The notes below the pieces were generated by a model. The model was given only the letters and a program-made list of their open reading frames with translations. It ran no database searches and was not told where the DNA came from. Shown here in pieces: positions 58,188-64,000 of a stretch of 64,000 nucleotides of DNA; position 1 is the stretch's first letter, and the number at the start of each line of letters is the position of its first letter. The position numbers and the translations under genes were made by a program. The DNA is taken from the NCBI GenBank assembly GCA_947631685.1, contig CANRMI010000004.1, positions 23,439-87,438 of the forward strand, in the 5' to 3' direction. This DNA is from an uncultured Lachnospiraceae bacterium (GTDB lineage: Bacteria > Bacillota > Clostridia > Lachnospirales > Lachnospiraceae).

Positions 58188-58436
58188 ATGGCGATTATAT
58201 TGAGGCTTGACAGGATGATGGCTGACAGAAAAATATCGTTGAATGAGCTGGCGGAAAAAGTGGGCATTGCCAATGTAAATCTCTCCAATATCAAAACGGG
58301 CAAGGTGAGCGCGATCCGTTTTTCCACCCTCAACGCGATCTGCGATGTGCTGGACTGCCAGCCGGGCGACCTGTTGGAATTTAAGAGGGATGTGGCGGAA
58401 GTGGAATCCGAGTCAGAATCAGGGGCGGGAAACTGA
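58188..58436 (+). CDS. Cro/C1 HTH regulator (YozG-like)
   Basis: LDRMMADRKISLNELAEKVGI..VNLS.IKTGK..AIRFSTL.AIC.VLDCQPGDLL. Confidence 0.9.
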   Translation: MAIILRLDRMMADRKISLNELAEKVGIANVNLSNIKTGKVSAIRFSTLNAICDVLDCQPGDLLEFKRDVAEVESESESGAGN

Positions 58437-58468
58437 ATATACCGCCCCGTCCTCGTAGAAAGAAGCAG

Positions 58469-58990
58469 CTAAAACAGCTGCTCCGTCAGATACTGATAGA
58501 TCATTTGATTCTTTTTCTGCCAGTTGGCGCAGATAGAGGCCGCGATTTCTTCCGTGGGTACGGAAAGCGTGATGTCTACCAACGTGATGCCCCTGTCCTT
58601 TGCCAGCAGATGGGCCTCGTATTCTCCACTGGTGGATTTATAATAGTTGCCCTGCACCGATACCTCGTTGAGCAGTTCGATTTCCTTTTCCTGAAAATAG
58701 GTGTCAATATCCTCCCGGATAGCGGCGCTGATGCGGTTTTCAAAAAAGCGCAGGGTTTCCCGCCCCTCTTTGGTGATGGAGAGCTGGGTGCGGTTTAACA
58801 CGGGTTTGGCCTGGATTAGTCCGGTGTCCGTAAGCTCGGCAAAGACCTGCTGCAGAGTAAAGAAATCCGTATACTCTTTTCCCTGGACAAATTCGCCGAT
58901 CTGAGTCCTGGTTAAGGGGAAAGCCGCTTTATCCAGCATATAGAGCACAATCAGTTTATATAGGGTGAAGGCGTCCCTCATCATTATCAT
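58469..58990 (-). CDS. DUF4364-family protein
   Basis: LYKLIVLYML, DFFTLQQ, IT.EGRETL.FF, L.VP.EE.A..IC.NW. Confidence 0.8.
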   Translation of the reverse strand: MIMMRDAFTLYKLIVLYMLDKAAFPLTRTQIGEFVQGKEYTDFFTLQQVFAELTDTGLIQAKPVLNRTQLSITKEGRETLRFFENRISAAIREDIDTYFQEKEIELLNEVSVQGNYYKSTSGEYEAHLLAKDRGITLVDITLSVPTEEIAASICANWQKKNQMIYQYLTEQLF

Positions 58991-59016
58991 CTCTCCCCTG
59001 CCTTAATTATAAAAAC

Positions 59017-60168
59017 TTACCGGATATGGGATTTTACCGCCTGTGCCACCACATCTGCCACCTTGGGGTTAAAGGCCTCCGGCATGATATTGTCTTCGGA
59101 CAGCTCCTCGTCGGGAACCAGTCCGGCAATGGCTACAGCGGCGGCCAGCTTCATTTCCTCCGTGATACGGGAAGCGCGGCCCTCCAGAGCACCCTTAAAA
59201 ATACCGGGAAAGGCCACTACATTGTTGACCTGATTGGGAAAATCGGAGCGCCCGGTGCCCACCACCCTGGCGCCGGCCTTTTTGGCAAGGTCGGGCATGA
59301 TCTCAGGAACGGGATTGGCCATGGCAAATAAAATAGCGTCTTTGTTCATGGAGGAGACCATTTCTTCCGTCACGATATTGGGAGCGGAAACGCCTACAAA
59401 AATGTCCGCGCCCTTCATGGCGTCCGCCAGCGTACCCCTTTCTCCCCGCAGATTGGTGACTTCCGCCATTTTCTGCTGCATCCAGTTGAGCCCTTCCGTG
59501 GATTTGGAGATGATCCCCACCTTATCGCACATTACAATATCGGGAAATCCGTAGGTTAATAAAAGACGGGTAATAGCAACGCCGGCGCTGCCTGCGCCGT
59601 TTATCACCACTTTGCAGTTTTCTTTCTTTTTGCCGGTCACCTTGAGGGCGTTGATAATGCCTGCCAGTACCACAATGGCGGTGCCATGCTGGTCGTCATG
59701 GAAGACGGGAATGTCCAGGATTTCTTTCAGGCGTTCCTCAATCTCAAAACAGCGGGGAGCGCTGATGTCCTCTAAGTTGATACCGCCGAAGCCGGGAGCC
59801 AGATAGGTGACGGTCTTGATGATCTCTTCCGTATCCTGGGTATCCAGGCAGATAGGAACCGCGTTCACGCCGCCGAACTCCTTAAATAAGACCGCCTTGC
59901 CTTCCATGACGGGCATGGCGGCGTAGGGGCCGATATTCCCCAGACCCAGAACGGCGCTGCCGTCGGATACCACAGCCACGGTATTGGCTTTCATCGTGTA
60001 TTGATAAGCGGCTTCCTTATCCTGGGCGATGACTTTGCAGGGTTCCGCCACGCCGGGCGTGTAGGCTAAGGACAGATCCTCCCTGGATTTGACGGGAGCC
60101 TTGCTGACAGTCTCTAATTTGCCGTTCCACTGTTCATGAAGCAATAACGCTTTTTCATTGGTTGTCAT
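59017..60168 (-). CDS. NAD(P)-dependent malic enzyme
   Basis: SLAYTPGVA, PVMEGKA.LFK, GINLEDI, FHDDQHGTA, GAGSAG, AMANPVPEI, TGRSDFPNQVNN. Confidence 0.95.
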   Translation of the reverse strand: MTTNEKALLLHEQWNGKLETVSKAPVKSREDLSLAYTPGVAEPCKVIAQDKEAAYQYTMKANTVAVVSDGSAVLGLGNIGPYAAMPVMEGKAVLFKEFGGVNAVPICLDTQDTEEIIKTVTYLAPGFGGINLEDISAPRCFEIEERLKEILDIPVFHDDQHGTAIVVLAGIINALKVTGKKKENCKVVINGAGSAGVAITRLLLTYGFPDIVMCDKVGIISKSTEGLNWMQQKMAEVTNLRGERGTLADAMKGADIFVGVSAPNIVTEEMVSSMNKDAILFAMANPVPEIMPDLAKKAGARVVGTGRSDFPNQVNNVVAFPGIFKGALEGRASRITEEMKLAAAVAIAGLVPDEELSEDNIMPEAFNPKVADVVAQAVKSHIR

Positions 60169-60230
60169 ATTCTGCATCCTCGATTCTTTATGGTATTTGC
60201 ACTCTTTCATAATAGCCCATTTCGGTGTGG

Positions 60231-62834
60231 TTAGCAAGGCAGAAATTTTTCGATGGTCGCTTTCAGCTTTTCCATATCCACGGGCTTGGCCACATGGGCA
60301 TTCATACCGCTTTCCAAGGCAGCCTTCCGGTCTTCCTCAAAGGCGTTGGCGGTCATGGCGATAATGGGAATGGAGGCCAGGGCCGGATCGGAAAGCTTTC
60401 GGATCGCTCTGGTTGCCTCATAGCCGTCCATGACAGGCATCTGTACATCCATAAGGATCAGGTCATAGCGGCGCGCGGCATTTTTTACCACCATATCCAC
60501 GGCGATCTGCCCGTTTTCCGCTGTCTCGACGACAAAGCCTTCCTCCTTTAACAGTTCTTCCGCGATTTCCCGGTTAAAGGGATTGTCCTCTACTAACAGT
60601 AGCCGTTTGCCCTGCAGGGCAGGGCGGACAGCTTCCCCGGCGGGGCTGGGTGGCAGCAGGACGGGCTCTGTTTTTCCTATAAAGGATAGCAGGGTATCCC
60701 GCAGATCGGATAAAAAGAGAGGTTTGCTGCAAAAGGCGGTAACGCCGGCTTTTTTGGCTTCATCCGCAATGGCATCCCAGTCGTAGGCGGTCAGCAGGAT
60801 AATGGGGCACTCCGGGCCCACGGCAGCTCGTATCTGCCGCGCTACCTCCAGACCGTTTAAGTCCGGCAGCATCCAGTCCACGACGAAAGCATAGAACAGG
60901 TCCTCCATTTCCCTGGCCTGTCTGGCACGCAGTACGGCTTCTTTACCATGGAGAGTCCATTCCGGCAGCATACCCAGCTGGCGCAGCATTTTGGTAATGC
61001 TGTCGCAGGTGTCGAAATTATCGTCCACCACCAGGACTTTTTTGCCTTCCAGTTCAGGAACGGCCTGAAGCTGTTTGTGGGAATCCTGCAGACGGAACTG
61101 TAGGTCAATGATAAATTCCGTACCTTCGCCCTGCTGGGTTTCTACCCGGATGCTGCCGCCCATGGCGTCCACGATATTCTTGGTGATAGCCATGCCCAGT
61201 CCCGAGCCCTGAATCCCGCTGACGGTGGAAGTCTGCTCTCTTTCAAAGGGCTTGAAAAGGTGTTCCACAAAATCCCTGCTCATACCGATACCGTTGTCCT
61301 TTACCCGTATCTCATAGGAGCCGTACCCTGTGGGAGCGCCGGGAAGCTGTTTGATCGTAAGGGAAACAAAGCCGCCGGCGGGCGTGAATTTGATGGCGTT
61401 GGAAAGAAGGTTGAGCAGGATTTGGTTTAAGTGCAGCTTGTCACAGTAAATATTCTCGTCCAGAATATCCAGAGTATCCATGAAGAAGTCCAGCTGTTTG
61501 GTCTGCATCTGGGTCTGGATGATATTGCGCATATCCCTGAAAATATCCGATATGCTACATTCTTTTTCCTCGATGTTGAGCTTGCCGCTTTCAATGCGGC
61601 TCATGTCCAGCACGTCGTTGATGAGGCTTAGGAGATGATTGCCGGAGGAAAGGATCTTATCCAGATATTCCTGGGTTTTCTCAGGATTGCCGGGGCAGGA
61701 ACGGGCCAGGGTGGTATAGCCGATGATGGCGTTCATGGGAGTGCGGATGTCATGGGACATATTGGAAAGGAACATGGATTTGGCCTTTTCCGCGCTTTCC
61801 GCCTTGTGCAGCATCTCTTCTAAGACGGTCTGCTTAACTATTTTTTCCATGGTTTTTTCACGGTTGCGCCTTACCCAGAAATAGTATATGGCATCGGCCA
61901 GAAATACCAAAAAGGTGAACAGGAAAAAGAGCCTGCGGATCATGATCACGCTGGCCAGGGCTTCCGGCTCCGGAACGGAAACGGCAACGGACCAGCTGTT
62001 GATGGTGGAAGGTGCGTAGCAGAGATAGAGCCATTGGGAGGCGGATTCGGAATAGTAGACCACATAGCCGCTTTCTCCATTCTGGATGGAGAGGACGGCC
62101 GCTTCCCAACTCTGTCCCTTTTTTGTCTTTAAAGGAGCGATCTCGTGGATATTGGAGGGCTCGTCACGCCAGGTATTCATGATAAAATCTCCGGTTTCCC
62201 GGTCTATGATGTAGGCACTGGAACTGGAGTTGTAGATATTGCTGATGTTGATCAGGGAGGGCAGATCGGAAAGCATGGTAACGCCGTAGAGAATGGCGGT
62301 GACTTCCCCGTTTTTGACAACGGGGACAAAATGGCGCAGTACGGAAACATCGTTGTCCAAAATACCGTCGGCGAGGTAGTCTGTATCATCGGAGGGAGAG
62401 TAGTCCATACTGCCTGCGGGACAGACGGCAATATGCTCCCCCAGCGTTGACAGGCTGTCAAAGGAAAGCAGGCCGCCGGCGTCCATGGTACTGCCGTCGA
62501 ATCGGATCGCGGTATTGTCGGGCAGCAGGACGGATACATTCATAGCCCGTAATATGGGAGAAAGAGAGAGGAAGGCTTTCTGGAAATCCTCCCTGCCGAA
62601 GCTGTCCATTTGGGAGAGAACGTCGGCGGCAGAGTTTAAAAACAGACTTTCCCAGAGGACCTTGTCGGAAACCTCCTCCGTGACGGTCCTGACGCCTTCC
62701 TGCATACGCTCTAGGCAGCGCTTTTCTATAACGCGGCTGATAAAAAAATAGGTGATAGTAAAAAGAACCGCCATGACGGCAATCAGAAGAAGAGTTGCGC
62801 TCAGACTTTTTTCTTTGAAAGAGGGTTTGGCCAT
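60231..62834 (-). CDS. Hybrid sensor histidine kinase / response regulator
   Basis: FLSNMSHDIRTPMNAI, NLLSNAIKFT, DNGIGM, GSGLGMAI, two REC domains; start chosen from the AAGGAG RBS (ORF extends to 62927). Confidence 0.92.
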   Translation of the reverse strand: MAKPSFKEKSLSATLLLIAVMAVLFTITYFFISRVIEKRCLERMQEGVRTVTEEVSDKVLWESLFLNSAADVLSQMDSFGREDFQKAFLSLSPILRAMNVSVLLPDNTAIRFDGSTMDAGGLLSFDSLSTLGEHIAVCPAGSMDYSPSDDTDYLADGILDNDVSVLRHFVPVVKNGEVTAILYGVTMLSDLPSLINISNIYNSSSSAYIIDRETGDFIMNTWRDEPSNIHEIAPLKTKKGQSWEAAVLSIQNGESGYVVYYSESASQWLYLCYAPSTINSWSVAVSVPEPEALASVIMIRRLFFLFTFLVFLADAIYYFWVRRNREKTMEKIVKQTVLEEMLHKAESAEKAKSMFLSNMSHDIRTPMNAIIGYTTLARSCPGNPEKTQEYLDKILSSGNHLLSLINDVLDMSRIESGKLNIEEKECSISDIFRDMRNIIQTQMQTKQLDFFMDTLDILDENIYCDKLHLNQILLNLLSNAIKFTPAGGFVSLTIKQLPGAPTGYGSYEIRVKDNGIGMSRDFVEHLFKPFEREQTSTVSGIQGSGLGMAITKNIVDAMGGSIRVETQQGEGTEFIIDLQFRLQDSHKQLQAVPELEGKKVLVVDDNFDTCDSITKMLRQLGMLPEWTLHGKEAVLRARQAREMEDLFYAFVVDWMLPDLNGLEVARQIRAAVGPECPIILLTAYDWDAIADEAKKAGVTAFCSKPLFLSDLRDTLLSFIGKTEPVLLPPSPAGEAVRPALQGKRLLLVEDNPFNREIAEELLKEEGFVVETAENGQIAVDMVVKNAARRYDLILMDVQMPVMDGYEATRAIRKLSDPALASIPIIAMTANAFEEDRKAALESGMNAHVAKPVDMEKLKATIEKFLPC

Positions 62835-62923
62835 AGGTACCTTGCTCCTTTGCGGATGATCAGCTGGCAGGACTCCTCCGGAAATTTCTTCCGGAGGAGC
62901 CTTAATATCTGTATCCTGCTCGA

Positions 62924-64000
62924 TCACGCCTTGTCGCGGATCTCACTGTGAAGCAGCTGCAGGGATTTTACCTCACTGTCCCCGTGTGCTTTGATATAGC
63001 GGATGCCATTTATGCTGGCCTGGGCGGCAGCCACGGTGGTCATATAAGGGATCTTGGCCTTAATGGCTGCTTTACGCAGATAGCTGTCGTCGTGCACACT
63101 GTCCTTGCCCACCGGCGAGTTGACGATCAGATCGATCTTGCCGTTGGTGATCAGGTCTAAGATATTGGGACGGCCCTCATAGAGCTTGTTGACTCTTTCA
63201 GCGGGGATGCCCGCGTTCTGTATGGCCTCGCAGGTGGCGCCAGTGGCGATGATACGGAAACCGCATTCCGCAAATTCCCGGGCAGTTTCCACTATCTCGT
63301 CCCTGTCCTTTCTGTTTACAGAGATCAATACGGTACCCTCTAAGGGGAGTTTGGACTGGGTGGCTTCCTGCGCCTTATAGAAGGCTTCCCCGTAGGAGCG
63401 GGAAAGTCCCAGTACTTCGCCGGTAGAGCGCATTTCGGGTCCCAGTACCGGATCCACCTCCTGGAACATATTGAAGGGGAAGACCGCTTCCTTGACACCG
63501 TAGTAGGGAATGTCCTGTTCCTTTAAGGCAGGAACGGGAGAGGGCCTGCCGGTGAGCTCGGAGGTGATGATCTCCGTGGCCAGAGGCACCATGCGGATAT
63601 TGCAGACCTTGGATACCAGGGGAACGGTACGGGATGCTCTGGGATTGGCCTCCAGCACATAGACCTTGCCGTTTTCAATGGCGTACTGCATATTCATCAA
63701 ACCGCTGACATGCATCTCTTCCGCGATGCGGCGGGTATAATCTTTAATGACGGCCACATTCTCCTCCGAAATGTGTACGGAAGGAATGATACATGCCGAG
63801 TCGCCGGAGTGAATCCCGGCCAGCTCGATATGCTCCATGACTGCCGGAACAAAGGCGTGGGTGCCGTCGCTGATGGCGTCCGCCTCGCATTCCAGCGCGT
63901 GGTTTAAGAAACGGTCTATAAGAATGGGCCTGTCGGGAGTTACGCCTACGGCGGCTTTCATATATTCGCTCATACTGTCGTCGTCATAGACTACCTCCAT
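62924..64000 (-). CDS. carB: Carbamoyl-phosphate synthase large subunit (3' part, runs off the window)
   Basis: EHIELAGIHSGDS, EANPRASRTVP, GPEMRSTGEV, C-terminal MGS domain. Confidence 0.95.
   Translation of the reverse strand: MEVVYDDDSMSEYMKAAVGVTPDRPILIDRFLNHALECEADAISDGTHAFVPAVMEHIELAGIHSGDSACIIPSVHISEENVAVIKDYTRRIAEEMHVSGLMNMQYAIENGKVYVLEANPRASRTVPLVSKVCNIRMVPLATEIITSELTGRPSPVPALKEQDIPYYGVKEAVFPFNMFQEVDPVLGPEMRSTGEVLGLSRSYGEAFYKAQEATQSKLPLEGTVLISVNRKDRDEIVETAREFAECGFRIIATGATCEAIQNAGIPAERVNKLYEGRPNILDLITNGKIDLIVNSPVGKDSVHDDSYLRKAAIKAKIPYMTTVAAAQASINGIRYIKAHGDSEVKSLQLLHSEIRDKA

Overview
64 kb of a Clostridia chromosome; gene content and protein families point to Lachnospiraceae (inference). 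Most of it is ordinary housekeeping and carbohydrate metabolism: 11 tRNA genes, a cellobiose phosphorylase/LacI/sugar-ABC locus, two MCPs, two hybrid histidine kinases, glgP-malQ, a GH3 glucosidase, clpB, barnase-barstar, malic enzyme and partial carB. The accessory part is a ~7 kb integrase-less island between tRNA-Ile2(CAT) at 3153-3226 and tRNA-Asp at 10256. The island carries (i) decayed mobile-element gene fragments, (ii) an intact NADAR gene behind a broken DUF3990-like (ADP-ribosyltransferase-clan) remnant, (iii) a strong promoter and long structured leader feeding a clpP-like protease / soluble VirD4-like ATPase / orphan three-gene operon, and (iv) a stand-alone reverse transcriptase resembling the DRT2/UG2 anti-phage class, preceded by its own promoter and a compact ~190 nt multi-hairpin ncRNA. 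That RNA does not fit the canonical antisense neo arrangement. The RT-ncRNA unit and the ClpP-VirD4-orphan operon are the best candidates for undescribed biology. All family calls are from motif recognition and memory; no searches were run.
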